Below, one piece after another: positions 51,016 through 61,333 of a stretch of 64,000 nucleotides of DNA. Each line of letters opens with the position of its first letter. Position 1 is the first letter of the stretch. Origin of the DNA: Terriglobia bacterium. Lineage in GTDB: Bacteria; Acidobacteriota; Terriglobia; Acidiferrales; UBA7541. The stretch spans positions 2,912,001-2,976,000 of the forward strand of contig OY968796.1 of assembly GCA_963695545.1 (NCBI GenBank). Direction: 5' to 3'. Below the pieces are notes generated by a model. That model was not told the DNA's origin, ran no database searches, and worked only from the letters and a program-made list of their open reading frames with translations. A program made the position numbers and the translations under genes.

Positions 51016-52131
51016 ATGCGATTGCGCTGTGTTTGCGGTTTCTTGGTTGCGTTGGCGGTCGCGCCGGCGGCATTTGCGGATGGGACGATTCGGTATACGT
51101 CGAGCGTGAAATTCGGGCCGATCGTGGCCGCGCTGGCGGCCACGCAGGCGGCGCATGGGAATGGCTCGATCAATGTGACGCCGCCGCAGGCCCCATCGGT
51201 GACCATGCACTTAAAGGGCGACACGATGGAACAGGACGGGGGCGCGTTCACTGGGATTTACGATTCAAAGACGGGGCAGATCACGCTGATCGATCCCAAG
51301 CGCAAAATTTTTGCGACGTCGAGTTTGAAAGATTTGGTCGACCAGCTGGTTGCGTCTCTGCCGGCGCAGCGGCCGCTGCCGCCGCAGGCGCAAGTGTTTT
51401 TGAAATCGATCACCACGACGTTCGCTTCGCAGAAAACCGGGCGGACCGGGATGACATTGGGCCTCGAGACCGAGGAAACCGAGATGACGTTTTCTGTGAA
51501 TATAACTTTGCCGCCGGGTTTGCTGCCGCCGATGCCGAACACGCCGTTTCAACCGGGCGCGCCGATAACTCTTCTGAAGATCGTGTTCGACATCTGGAAT
51601 CCCACGGCGGCAGAGATGGCGCGGGTACCGGCGCTCGGCGAGATCGCGAGCTATTGGTCGGATCAATCGTCGATGAACGGCGATTTCGCGGGCGTGGTCA
51701 CGGAGGTGCAGAAAGCGCTCGCGAAGTATCCGGGGCTCGGCGCCGCGCTTCCGGCCATGATGGCGGACTCGTTCAAGAACAAGAGGGGGACATTGAAATG
51801 TGATGTCGGAGTGTACGCGCCGGTGCTCGCGCAGATTGCTCCGATGATGAAGGCGCACGGCGTGGCGGATTTCGATCCGAATGCCGCGGTGGTGGATTTC
51901 ACCGTGGAGGCCACGGAGGTGTCGAGCGAGCCGATTGACGACGCGGTGTTCAAAGTGCCCGGCGACTATCACGCGACTCCGTTTGCTGATTTTCTCCGGC
52001 CCGGGAGCGCGACGAAAACCGGGCGGCTTGGGGGATTCAGCGCGCATGCTGGGGGTGGCAGCATGCAGATGGATCGCGGCATGTCGAGCGAACCGGCAGA
52101 CGAGTATGAGTTTGGACGCCGGCCGTTCTGA
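51016..52131 (+). CDS. Exported hypothetical protein (DUF4412-like)
   Basis: Signal peptide; D...F.VP.DY C-terminal motif; GGGAGG RBS. Confidence 0.7.
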   Translation: MRLRCVCGFLVALAVAPAAFADGTIRYTSSVKFGPIVAALAATQAAHGNGSINVTPPQAPSVTMHLKGDTMEQDGGAFTGIYDSKTGQITLIDPKRKIFATSSLKDLVDQLVASLPAQRPLPPQAQVFLKSITTTFASQKTGRTGMTLGLETEETEMTFSVNITLPPGLLPPMPNTPFQPGAPITLLKIVFDIWNPTAAEMARVPALGEIASYWSDQSSMNGDFAGVVTEVQKALAKYPGLGAALPAMMADSFKNKRGTLKCDVGVYAPVLAQIAPMMKAHGVADFDPNAAVVDFTVEATEVSSEPIDDAVFKVPGDYHATPFADFLRPGSATKTGRLGGFSAHAGGGSMQMDRGMSSEPADEYEFGRRPF

Positions 52132-52188
52132 CGGCGTCGCGAGGCGCGTTAAGTTGCAGGCGTGGCGAGATTCGAGAGGCGCGAAAAC

Positions 52189-53181
52189 GTGAGGGCCGCG
52201 ATTTTTACGGCGGGGCGCGCGACGGCTGGGCGGTTCGTCGAAATCGAGAACCTTCCGCGTCCGCAAGTGAAGGCCGGGTACGTTTTGCTGCGCGTGGTTG
52301 CGTGTGGAGTTTGCCGCACGGATCTGCACATTGTCGAAGGCGATTTGCCGGCGATTCAGCCCAGGCTGATCCCCGGTCATCAGATCGTGGGCGAAGTGAC
52401 GGAGGGTGCGACGCCGGAGTTGCCGGTGGGAACGCGCGTGGGCGTTTCGTGGATGGGCGGCGTGGATGGCGAGTGCTGGTATTGCCGGCACGCGATGGAA
52501 AATTTGTGCGACAAGCCGACGTTTACCGGGTACACGGTGAACGGCGGGTACGCGGAGTATGCGTTGGTGCGCGCGGATTTCACGTATCCGTTGCCGCCCG
52601 GTTTGGACGACGTTCATGCCGCGCCGTTGCTTTGCGCGGGGATCATCGGGTTCCGCAGTTTGCGCGTGGCGGGGATCGAGCGCGGCGAGCGCGTGGGACT
52701 TTTTGGCTTCGGCAGCTCCGCGAGCTTGGCGATCGCGATTTTGCAATCGTGGAAATGCGAAGTGTATGTGGTGACGCGAGGCGAGTCGCATCGCAAATCG
52801 GCGGCGGCGCTCGGAGCGACGTGGGTCGGCGCGGAGGACGCGAAGCCGCCGGTGGAATTCGACCGCGCCGTGACCTTCGCGCCGAGCGGGAAGGTGGTGG
52901 TGAGCGCGCTCGCGAGTTTGCGCAGAGGCGGCGTGGTGGCGATCAATGCGATTCATCTGGATCAGATGCCCGCCTTCGATTACGACAAACTACTTTGGGG
53001 CGAGCGGCAGATTCGCAGCGTGGCCAACATGACGCGGCAGGACGCGCGCGATTTTCTGAAAATTGCGAAGGAACTGAATATTCGCCCGCGCGTCACGCCG
53101 TTTCCGCTCGACGATGCAAACAGCGCGCTTCTTGCCGTGAAACAAGAGAGCGCAGATGGATCGGCTGTGATCGTGCTGTGA
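52189..53181 (+). CDS. Zinc-dependent alcohol dehydrogenase
   Basis: CGVCRTDLH, GHQIVG, C..C....ENLC, APLLCAG motifs. Confidence 0.92.
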   Translation: MRAAIFTAGRATAGRFVEIENLPRPQVKAGYVLLRVVACGVCRTDLHIVEGDLPAIQPRLIPGHQIVGEVTEGATPELPVGTRVGVSWMGGVDGECWYCRHAMENLCDKPTFTGYTVNGGYAEYALVRADFTYPLPPGLDDVHAAPLLCAGIIGFRSLRVAGIERGERVGLFGFGSSASLAIAILQSWKCEVYVVTRGESHRKSAAALGATWVGAEDAKPPVEFDRAVTFAPSGKVVVSALASLRRGGVVAINAIHLDQMPAFDYDKLLWGERQIRSVANMTRQDARDFLKIAKELNIRPRVTPFPLDDANSALLAVKQESADGSAVIVL

Positions 53182-53353
53182 AGATCGAGCTGAGACTTCC
53201 AAAATCATTTCTCGGTTGGCGCGCGATGTAAATATGAAGGACACTTTTTGCGGGCGCCAAGGCTCGCCGCGATCTCACGGGTATTTTCCCCACGCTTCTA
53301 CATGATCTCCTTGATTGCTGGTTCTCCTCTGCGACGATAGCGTGTAAGGCGAG

Positions 53354-53986
53354 ATGAAAGAACACACGCGGATCGGAAGAGGTGTTTTCACGAAATGGAT
53401 TTTTGTTGTCTGCCTTGCGGGCGCGACGTTCTGCGGCAGCGCGAATGCCAGGAGGGTTGCGGCGCGGACAGAGACGCGGGCGAACGCCGACGGCGATGCG
53501 AGCCAGGACGCGAGTAAAATTCAGGTGCGCAACAACGCCGCCAGTTTGCTGTACGGTCTGCTTGGCGATGAGAAAAGCGTGGACAAGATCCTGCTCATCA
53601 AACACCCGCGCACGGGCTTGAAGCGCGTGATTAAGGCGATTTCAAAAACGGCGGGCGACGGCCAGGACCAGTTGGACGCATTGGCGAAAGACGATAAGAC
53701 GCTCGATTTGCACGCGCTCGAACTTCCGCCCGGCGAAATGGCCACGCGCGACGCCATTCGCAAGACTGACGAGCATGATTTGATTTTTTCCTGGGGCGTG
53801 AAGTTCGATATGGACCTGCTGCTTTCGCAGACCGACGCGCTGAACTATGGCTCGCATCTGGCGAAAATCGCGGCGGACAATTCCACTTCGCCCGAGCAGC
53901 AAAAACAATTTCACGCGCTCGACGTCGCGCTGAACGCGATGTTCAACCGGGTCGTGGCGAATATTCGCGCCCTCCCGGCAAAATAG
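53354..53986 (+). CDS. Exported helical hypothetical protein
   Basis: Signal-like N-terminus; host-like codon usage. Confidence 0.7.
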   Translation: MKEHTRIGRGVFTKWIFVVCLAGATFCGSANARRVAARTETRANADGDASQDASKIQVRNNAASLLYGLLGDEKSVDKILLIKHPRTGLKRVIKAISKTAGDGQDQLDALAKDDKTLDLHALELPPGEMATRDAIRKTDEHDLIFSWGVKFDMDLLLSQTDALNYGSHLAKIAADNSTSPEQQKQFHALDVALNAMFNRVVANIRALPAK

Positions 53987-54114
53987 CACCGAGTCGCACC
54001 GCGGAAGAGAGAGTCAAAAACCGCATCCGCGAAAACGAAGGCGCGAAGTCCGCGTCGCAGGCCCCGCCTTGCGGTGCACCATCCCGCGATTGACGCTTCT
54101 TGGCGGGCGCGATG

Positions 54115-54339
54115 TTACGCGCTGGCGGCTTCTTTTTCGGCGCCGGCGACGGTAACGGCTTTGATTTCGAGGCCGTTCTTATTCATATCGAAGCGCTGCT
54201 TGCGATCCAATTTCTTGACGAATTCGCGCGTGGCCTTGGCAACTGCGCCGGGAAGGCTCGAGGCGTCGACCTTGACGGTCGATCCCGCGTCAGAATTGCT
54301 GCGATCCTGATAGTGGAATGAAACTTCGAAGGTTTTCAT
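54115..54339 (-). CDS. Small hypothetical protein (74 aa)
   Basis: GGAGAG RBS; protein-like composition. Confidence 0.7.
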   Translation of the reverse strand: MKTFEVSFHYQDRSNSDAGSTVKVDASSLPGAVAKATREFVKKLDRKQRFDMNKNGLEIKAVTVAGAEKEAASA

Positions 54340-54491
54340 GTTCTCTCCATTCGTGTTTTGCGCCTCTCGATTTCCCTGGGCTTGATCTCGTTGCGCCTAT
54401 GCAGATTCGATGATAACCCGCGGGACGAGAGTACTCAAATGCGCAACGCAATCGCGCGTCGAGTCCGGGCCCGGATTCCGACGGCAGCGCG

Positions 54492-54968
54492 CTAGTTCTC
54501 TTTTATCTTCACCACGATGTAGCGGATGGAACCTCCGGGGGCGACGATCATCTGGTGCGGCGTTCCGGCCATGATGTGGATGATGTCGCCCTTCGAGATG
54601 GGTTGCGGATGACCGCCGGCGACGCCGGAGCCACGCGTTTCGCCGTCGGCGCCGGTTTGGGCGTCGACCACCGTGCCGCCGGTGACTTCGGTTGCGGCGC
54701 CGTCGACGACGATCATGATGTCGTCAAAGTGGGCGTGGACTTCGCCGCCGCCGCTTTTGGTGCGCACGGAGAGCGCGAGCGAGTGAGTTCCGGCGTCGAA
54801 CAGCTTATTCGTGGCGCTGCCGGAGAATTGCATTTGAGCGTTGTCGATCAATGTTGCGAGCTGTGTCTGGATGTCTTGCGACGCGAAATAGTCTGTGCGG
54901 CTGGGGGCTTGCCCGGCGGCCGCGAAAGCGAAAATTGCGAGTGCGGCGAAACTGAAAATATGTTTCAT
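54492..54968 (-). CDS. Exported cupin-fold protein
   Basis: EVH...DD and GD...I.AG.PH motifs; AAGGAG RBS. Confidence 0.8.
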   Translation of the reverse strand: MKHIFSFAALAIFAFAAAGQAPSRTDYFASQDIQTQLATLIDNAQMQFSGSATNKLFDAGTHSLALSVRTKSGGGEVHAHFDDIMIVVDGAATEVTGGTVVDAQTGADGETRGSGVAGGHPQPISKGDIIHIMAGTPHQMIVAPGGSIRYIVVKIKEN

Positions 54969-55021
54969 TGTCGATCTCCTCTTAGTTCTCGTGGCCGGTG
55001 TCGTTAAAATCAAGGATCGCG

Positions 55022-57178
55022 TCAGTTGCTCGATCCGGCGGGGGCGGGCTGCGACGGTTTCGCGGGCGCGCTCGGCGCGCCGCTTTGCGCGGAATGCGGC
55101 GCTCGCGGCACCTGCTGAATTAGCCAGCGGACAACTTCCCAGCCGCCGGCGTAGTTGTCGAAACCCTCCATGTTCGGCTTGCGGCCGTCGGTGTACTCGT
55201 TGTAGACCCACGGATCGATGACGGCGAAGACTGTGCCTTTGCCGTATTTCGCGCTGGCCATCACGTTGACGCCGTTGTAGGTGAGCACGGCCTTGGCGTT
55301 TCCGGAGAGCGAAAGATCGGTTGTGTCTTTCATGAAAAGCGTGTGGGCGGATTGGAAGACCGGGCCGCCGGCGGCCACGGGAATTTTGCCTTTGTCGTGG
55401 GGTTCGTAGTCGAGCATGTGGAATCTGGTGACGTTTTCAAATTGGATGCCGAAAGGTTTGCCGAGGCGGCACAGGCCGGGAATATCGGTGTTGAGCGGAT
55501 CGTTCGTCATGATCACGAGCACGCCGCCTTGCTTCACCCACGCGGCAATCTGCGCGACATCGGTCGGCTGAATGTAATGCGGATGCGGATTCCAAAGCGG
55601 AACGTCGGGCGGCACCACGACGTAGATATTGGCGTGCGCGAGATTTTTCAGCGTTGGCGCGGTTGCAAGCGTATCGGTGGTAACGCCGTAGGTGCGGAAA
55701 ATATGGTTGAAGAACGAATAGCCCGAGTTGGATTTGTCGTTAATCTTATAGTGGAACGGAACCATTTGTCCTGACGCGTCTTTGCGCATCTGGCTATTGA
55801 ACCAGCCGTCGAACAGCGCGGTTTCACCTTTGCCCAACGCGCCGAGCGGCGCCCTTTCCATCGCCACGCTGGCCATCAGAAACGCGCCGATGCCTTTGGG
55901 GTCGTTGTCGATCACCGGCGTGGTGACGTAATAGTGATAGCTATCCGCGCGCGACATATCGCCGGCGAGGCTCACGCCCTTAACCGTGCTGGTGAGCGTG
56001 ATCGAACCATCAGCGCCCACCTTGACGAATTGTTTCAGGATGCCTTGATAGGCGCGCGCGGCGTTGTCGGAATAACGCGCGGGCAAATAGCCGAGGTGCA
56101 CGCCTTTCTCGAGCGCGTACGTAAACATGCACGCGGCGGAAGATTCAAGATAGTTGCCGGGCGCGTTCGGCTGGTCGGTCACTTGATACCAGAGACCTGT
56201 CGCAGGGTCCTGATAGCGAACGATGGCGGCGGCCAGGCGATTCAGAATCGCGAGAAGTTTCGCGCGGCCGGGATCGTTGGGCGCGTAGTAGGGAATCGTA
56301 TCGACCAACGCCATCATGTACCAGCCCATGGAGCGCGACCAGAAAATCGGCGAATCACCTGTGGTTTTATCGGCCCATGGTTGCAGATGCGCTTCGTCCC
56401 AGCCGTGATAGAGCAGGCCGGTCTTCGGATCGCGCGCGTGCATTTCGCTGACCGCAAATTGCCTGGTGATGTCCTCAAAATCCTGCGGCTCGTTGAACGT
56501 GTGCGCATATTCCGCGTAGAACGGCTCGGCCATGTACAAGCCGTCGAGCCACATCTCCTGCGGATATTTATCTTTGTGCCAGAACACGCCCTCCGGCGTG
56601 CGCGGCTGCTGCGCGAGTTGATCGCGCAGGAGCGTCGCCGCGTTGTAATAGCGCACATCCTGCGTCACGGCGTAGAGCAAGAGCAGTTGATGCCCAAGGC
56701 GAACGTCGTCGAGAGCGAATTCCTGCGAACCGTCGTGGGGATTGTAAGTGCGGATGGAGGTTCCGTCGGGCGAAAGGAATTGATCGACCGAAGATTTGAT
56801 GTACTTGAAATAATCGCCGTCAGCCGTGTCGTACCAAACGGCTTCCACGCCGGTGAGCAGCGTGCCCATCTCATAATTCCACACCCAATTCGCGCCCGGC
56901 GGTGCGAAGCGGCCATCAGGCCATCGCGCGATGGTGGAATTCGCCATGCGTTGCGACCACGGCAGATCCTGCGCGTGCGCGCCGAGCGAGGAGCACGCGC
57001 CAAACAAAACGAGCGCCGCGATCCCCGCGGCGAACGCGCCCACGCGATGCTTTCCGTGCGGCTGAGTGGCGGCGGGAGAGACATCAGAACAGGGAACCGA
57101 TCGATTGCCGAGAGTCATCGTGGACGCTCCCAAAACGAAAGTGGCCGGACACCGGAACATCAGTTTCAAACGAGCCAA
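55022..57178 (-). CDS. Glycoside hydrolase family 105/88 (unsaturated glucuronyl/rhamnogalacturonyl hydrolase) with extra C-terminal domain; start uncertain
   Basis: W.YE.G, FWHK..YP..MWLDGLYM, LYHGWDE, W.R.MGW, YLESS motifs. Confidence 0.88.
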   Translation of the reverse strand: MARLKLMFRCPATFVLGASTMTLGNRSVPCSDVSPAATQPHGKHRVGAFAAGIAALVLFGACSSLGAHAQDLPWSQRMANSTIARWPDGRFAPPGANWVWNYEMGTLLTGVEAVWYDTADGDYFKYIKSSVDQFLSPDGTSIRTYNPHDGSQEFALDDVRLGHQLLLLYAVTQDVRYYNAATLLRDQLAQQPRTPEGVFWHKDKYPQEMWLDGLYMAEPFYAEYAHTFNEPQDFEDITRQFAVSEMHARDPKTGLLYHGWDEAHLQPWADKTTGDSPIFWSRSMGWYMMALVDTIPYYAPNDPGRAKLLAILNRLAAAIVRYQDPATGLWYQVTDQPNAPGNYLESSAACMFTYALEKGVHLGYLPARYSDNAARAYQGILKQFVKVGADGSITLTSTVKGVSLAGDMSRADSYHYYVTTPVIDNDPKGIGAFLMASVAMERAPLGALGKGETALFDGWFNSQMRKDASGQMVPFHYKINDKSNSGYSFFNHIFRTYGVTTDTLATAPTLKNLAHANIYVVVPPDVPLWNPHPHYIQPTDVAQIAAWVKQGGVLVIMTNDPLNTDIPGLCRLGKPFGIQFENVTRFHMLDYEPHDKGKIPVAAGGPVFQSAHTLFMKDTTDLSLSGNAKAVLTYNGVNVMASAKYGKGTVFAVIDPWVYNEYTDGRKPNMEGFDNYAGGWEVVRWLIQQVPRAPHSAQSGAPSAPAKPSQPAPAGSSN

Positions 57179-57490
57179 TCGTTTCTATCAGAAACGGCGG
57201 CGCATGTCTCGGGCGTTCTGGACGCGCGTCCCGGCATGTGGGACGCGCGCGCCCGACGCGCGCGCCGTTCGCGCGAGCGTCGATTCTGCGCCGGCGCGGC
57301 GAACACCTGTCCCTTCGGACAGTCCGCGTCCGCCCCGCGCACTTGCGCTCTCGTACCATTGACCCTGCCTAGACCTCTATCTAGCATCGACGCAGTGAAT
57401 CTTGCGCCCAGATCCGGCGCAGCTACGATCTCGCGCTCCCCGGAGGCAATCGACCGGGCCGGCGAGACCCGCAGCGGTCCACGAGGTTCC

Positions 57491-57841
57491 ATGCCCCACT
57501 CCATGCCCAAAACCGAATTCGTCGAAACGCGATTGCGCGGCCGCGAGAAGCGCAGAGGCGTGCGCATGAATTCGCGCGTGCCCGTGTCGATCGAGTGGCA
57601 AAGCGCCTCCGGCGCAGCGTGCCAGGAGGCCGTACACACTCGCGTTGTAGGGCCCTACGGCTGCCTGCTGGTTCTGCCGGTCGAGATCACCGTCGAGCAG
57701 GCAGTCCGCGTAACCAACCTGACCAGCCAGCGCACCAACGAAGCGATGGTCGTATGGCGGGGCCACAAACAATCCGATGGCTGGGAGCTGGGGATCGAGC
57801 TGATCGAACCGGAAATGGACTTCTGGGGGGTAGAGCTATGA
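57491..57841 (+). CDS. PilZ-like protein
   Basis: EKRRGVR...VP, VVWR...GIEL...FWG. Confidence 0.7.
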   Translation: MPHSMPKTEFVETRLRGREKRRGVRMNSRVPVSIEWQSASGAACQEAVHTRVVGPYGCLLVLPVEITVEQAVRVTNLTSQRTNEAMVVWRGHKQSDGWELGIELIEPEMDFWGVEL

Positions 57842-58212
57842 GCGAGTCCAAAGGAAAAGGCGCGGGAAAAGGCTCCGCGGTTCGCCTCGAAGAGCGCCGC
57901 CGCAGCCAGCGCGTGGTGATTCGCATGCCCGTGACCTTGCAGGTGATCCTCGCGGATCAGACCGTAACATTCGCCGCGCACACCGTGGCCGTGAACGACG
58001 AAGGCGCCATGCTGGCCTCCCCGCGAACTCTCGCCGTGGATACGCAACTCCAGATCACCAACGATCGCACGCGACAGCACGCCACCGCTCGCGTCACGCG
58101 CACGCCGCCCGACAGCAGCGAAGGATTTCTGATTCCCGTGGAATTCGTTTCCCCCGCGATCGGTTTTTGGCAGATCAGTTTCCCGCCGAAGGATTGGAAG
58201 CCGGTAGACTGA
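57838..58212 (+). CDS. PilZ-like protein
   Basis: ERRRSQR, ARV, VEF....FW; ATGA coupling with the upstream gene. Confidence 0.75.
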   Translation: MSESKGKGAGKGSAVRLEERRRSQRVVIRMPVTLQVILADQTVTFAAHTVAVNDEGAMLASPRTLAVDTQLQITNDRTRQHATARVTRTPPDSSEGFLIPVEFVSPAIGFWQISFPPKDWKPVD

Positions 58213-58413
58213 TGGTGTTCCGCTGTCCCGCGGCGCAGGCTCCTCGCGGCCTATTTCCCGCCGAACGCGACGGGGAGTTTCAAATGCGCACTTCGCCCGC
58301 GCTCCGCACTTGCCTTCGCGCCGCGGCGCGCTAGAATCGTTTTCCCCTTCCGAAGCTCGATCGCTCGCACCCCCCTTCCTGCGCGCGTGAAAAATAATCC
58401 GTGGAGGAAAATC

Positions 58414-58758
58414 ATGGATGCGCAAGAACGGCGTCGCGAGACGCGCGTGGACGTGCGGATTCCGCTGCGATTCCGGCCCATCGCCAGCCCGCACGTGCCG
58501 GAGCAAAAAGCCGATTCGGAGAACGTCTCGCCGCTCGGCGTTTATTTCACCACCGATTATCCGCTGAAAGTGGGAGTGGTGATCGTGCTCTGGATGACCA
58601 TGCCGGCGCAGGTCACCGCGAGCGTCGCGCGCGATGTGCGCTGCCTCGCGCGCGTGGTGCACGTCGAACCCACCGGGCGCTTGGTCAGAAAAGTGGGAGT
58701 CGGCCTGCGCATCGAAGAGTTCGCCAACGTCGCGATGTCCGAACGCTGGGCGAGCTGA
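58414..58758 (+). CDS. PilZ domain protein
   Basis: ERRRETR and NVSPLG motifs; GGAGG RBS. Confidence 0.8.
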   Translation: MDAQERRRETRVDVRIPLRFRPIASPHVPEQKADSENVSPLGVYFTTDYPLKVGVVIVLWMTMPAQVTASVARDVRCLARVVHVEPTGRLVRKVGVGLRIEEFANVAMSERWAS

Positions 58759-58808
58759 TCGAAATTATCGAGCCATCGTTCTGGTCGAGCGGGATCGGCG
58801 GGCGAGTA

Positions 58809-61274
58809 TCAGTGCGCCTTCGCGGGCGCGCTTGCCCCGATGGTGAACGTCACTTTGGCGCTCGTCGCGTTGTCGAATTCGTCGAACACGCGCACCGCCA
58901 GTGTGTGCTCGCCGGGCGCAAGGTTTCCCGCAAGCGTCCAATCGAAGTGTTCCTGCGCCGCGTCGTTTAGCTCGCCGACGGGCCGCACCAAAATCCAGTC
59001 GCTTGCGTCCAGACTGTATTGCGCGCGCGCGATCGAACTGCCCGGGTCGCTCGCGTCGAAGCGAATGCGCGCCGTGCCCGCGGCCGATCCTGACGAGCCG
59101 GCCACCAGATCCGCCGCGAGTCCGGTCACGATCGGCGGCGTGTTGTCCACCAGAAAGCGATCCGATTCGCGCTCGGCGGTCAGTGCGTCGGCCGGAGGAT
59201 TCGATGGCGCATCCGACGCCACGATTTTTAAATAGTAAGCGCCGTCGGGCATCGTCGATGTGTCCCAGGAATAATACCGCTGGTCGATTTTATCTTTCAG
59301 CAGCATCCAATTCGTCTCGCCCTCGCCGCGGTAGTAGACCGAAAATTCCAGCGTGTCGTCGTTATCGTCTTCCGCGCTCCAAAGCACGGATTGATAGCCC
59401 TTTTGACGAAAACCCTGCGGCGCCACCTCGAAGCGCGCATTCATTCCTTGGTTCGTCACGTTCTCGAATGCGAGCGAAGGCGAGTTGGGCGACGTCGGCA
59501 TGCGCAATTGCACCGGCATTGGTCCCGCGCCGATGCCTCCGCCGCCTCCCACCGTCGCCGGTCCCTGCACGCGCACGCCGGGTTCTTGCATCGCCACCGA
59601 ATCGATCACCGGCGCAATATTTTTCGGCAAATACGCCACGCTCACCCACGCGACTTGTGGAGACGCCGCGGCGGCCGTTCCCATGCCGCGTTTCAAAACC
59701 GCTTTCCATTGGATGAAGCGCGCCGCAGGGCAGTCCACCGTTTGCCCGGACGCATCCGAGTACGGACCCGACCACGCGCTCCAATTATCGTCGGGCGTCG
59801 ATGTGTTCCCCGAGCGCGCATACAATTCCACGCGCGCGCCCGCACCCGAAGAATGTCCGCTCGCTCCTTCGCCCCACCACGATATCCGCCCCCAATGCGA
59901 AAAATTCCGCGCGTCGAACGCCTGCGATTCAAACGTGCCTTCGGCCGCGTCGTCCGGCCCGAGCGAGAAAACCTTCCCAGGATTCGCGGTGGCCAGATAA
60001 ACCGCGCCGCTTGGCGCCGTGGCCAGCCCCGTCACCTGCTCCGAAGCCGTCTTGGCGATCTCGGAGAAAACCTGCTCGCCGTCGAGTTCGAGCACCGCGC
60101 CGTGATTGCCCGTGCCCAGCAGCAGATCGCCCGATTGCGCGCGCCCCAGGCTGTAAACCAGCAATTCGTGCGAACTCCACAACTCGGTCGGCGAGCCATC
60201 GGGCGCGATGCGATACACCGCGCTCGACGTCAGCGTCGGAAACGGAACGAACGCCAGCGCCTGATTCTGCGCCACTGCCGTCAGCGCGGCTTCCGCGGCC
60301 GGCGACTCGTCGCTGGAAAACGTCAGCGTCGGCGCGACGTTCTGTTGCGTTGTGGCTTGCGGCAAAGCAAAACCCGGCAGCGGTTGCGTGATGCGCGGCT
60401 TCTCGCCGATGGCCGCGGCGTAAATGCTGCCGTCCTTCGGATCGACCAGCAGCGCGGTCACTTCCTTCTTGTCCGTCTCGTACAGCACGAACGCGCGGCG
60501 CCCGGTGTGTTCGGGCGCGGGAATTGCAGAGCCGGCCACCTTTGCCGACGCGGGCTCGGCCGGCTCCACAGGCGGCGCGGCTTTCGGAATGCGCAAAATG
60601 CGGCCGTTCGGTTCGGTGCCGGCGATCACATTGCCGCTGCCATCGAGCGCCAGCGCGCGGATGTGCATTTCGTCGCCCGAATAAAAAAGTTGGCTTGTCC
60701 CGTCGGGCGCGACAGCGAAAATTTTCCCCGAATCGCCGGTCGCCACGTAAAGAGTTCCGTCCGAATCGAGCGCCAGATCCCAGATGTATTTGGTCTTCGG
60801 ATCGAAGAACACCGAGCTTTGTCCCGAGGGCGTGACCTTATACACCTTGCCGTCCGGCGATGTCGCCACGTAAAGATTGTCGTGCGCGTCGATGGCCAGC
60901 GCCTGCGCGGTCATTTCGGCCGACTCAAAAACTTTCGTGGCCTTTCCTTGCGCATCGAAGCGCACGACTTTCGCGCTCGATCCGCCGGCGGCGTATAGAT
61001 TTCCTTTGGAATCGAAGCGCAGCGCCCACAGGTAAGCGAGGTTCGCGTCGCCAAAATCGGCAAAGCGCGGGGCCAGTTCAAGCTTCCCGTCGCTGCGCAT
61101 GGCCACGCCGTGCGCTTCGCCTTTCTCAAATTCGTCGTAGCGCGATTGCCGCCAAAATCGCGTGTGCTCGGCCGCGAGCGGCAGAGTTCCGCAAATCAAA
61201 AGCAATCCCAGCGCGGCCAGAGCCGCGGCCCGGCCGCGCGCGTTACCTATTGGAAGCTTCATCGATCGTCTCAT
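58809..61274 (-). CDS. Large exported beta-propeller protein with C-terminal Ig/FN3-like domains
   Basis: Repeated D..G.LY.ATG blades; signal peptide; PDG.Y...I.ASD and DN.PP motifs. Confidence 0.8.
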   Translation of the reverse strand: MRRSMKLPIGNARGRAAALAALGLLLICGTLPLAAEHTRFWRQSRYDEFEKGEAHGVAMRSDGKLELAPRFADFGDANLAYLWALRFDSKGNLYAAGGSSAKVVRFDAQGKATKVFESAEMTAQALAIDAHDNLYVATSPDGKVYKVTPSGQSSVFFDPKTKYIWDLALDSDGTLYVATGDSGKIFAVAPDGTSQLFYSGDEMHIRALALDGSGNVIAGTEPNGRILRIPKAAPPVEPAEPASAKVAGSAIPAPEHTGRRAFVLYETDKKEVTALLVDPKDGSIYAAAIGEKPRITQPLPGFALPQATTQQNVAPTLTFSSDESPAAEAALTAVAQNQALAFVPFPTLTSSAVYRIAPDGSPTELWSSHELLVYSLGRAQSGDLLLGTGNHGAVLELDGEQVFSEIAKTASEQVTGLATAPSGAVYLATANPGKVFSLGPDDAAEGTFESQAFDARNFSHWGRISWWGEGASGHSSGAGARVELYARSGNTSTPDDNWSAWSGPYSDASGQTVDCPAARFIQWKAVLKRGMGTAAAASPQVAWVSVAYLPKNIAPVIDSVAMQEPGVRVQGPATVGGGGGIGAGPMPVQLRMPTSPNSPSLAFENVTNQGMNARFEVAPQGFRQKGYQSVLWSAEDDNDDTLEFSVYYRGEGETNWMLLKDKIDQRYYSWDTSTMPDGAYYLKIVASDAPSNPPADALTAERESDRFLVDNTPPIVTGLAADLVAGSSGSAAGTARIRFDASDPGSSIARAQYSLDASDWILVRPVGELNDAAQEHFDWTLAGNLAPGEHTLAVRVFDEFDNATSAKVTFTIGASAPAKAH

Positions 61275-61333
61275 CAAAATCCTCACTGGGGTCTCGCGCG
61301 GAGCCTGACGAGCGCCCGCGGAAAAGCACGCGC

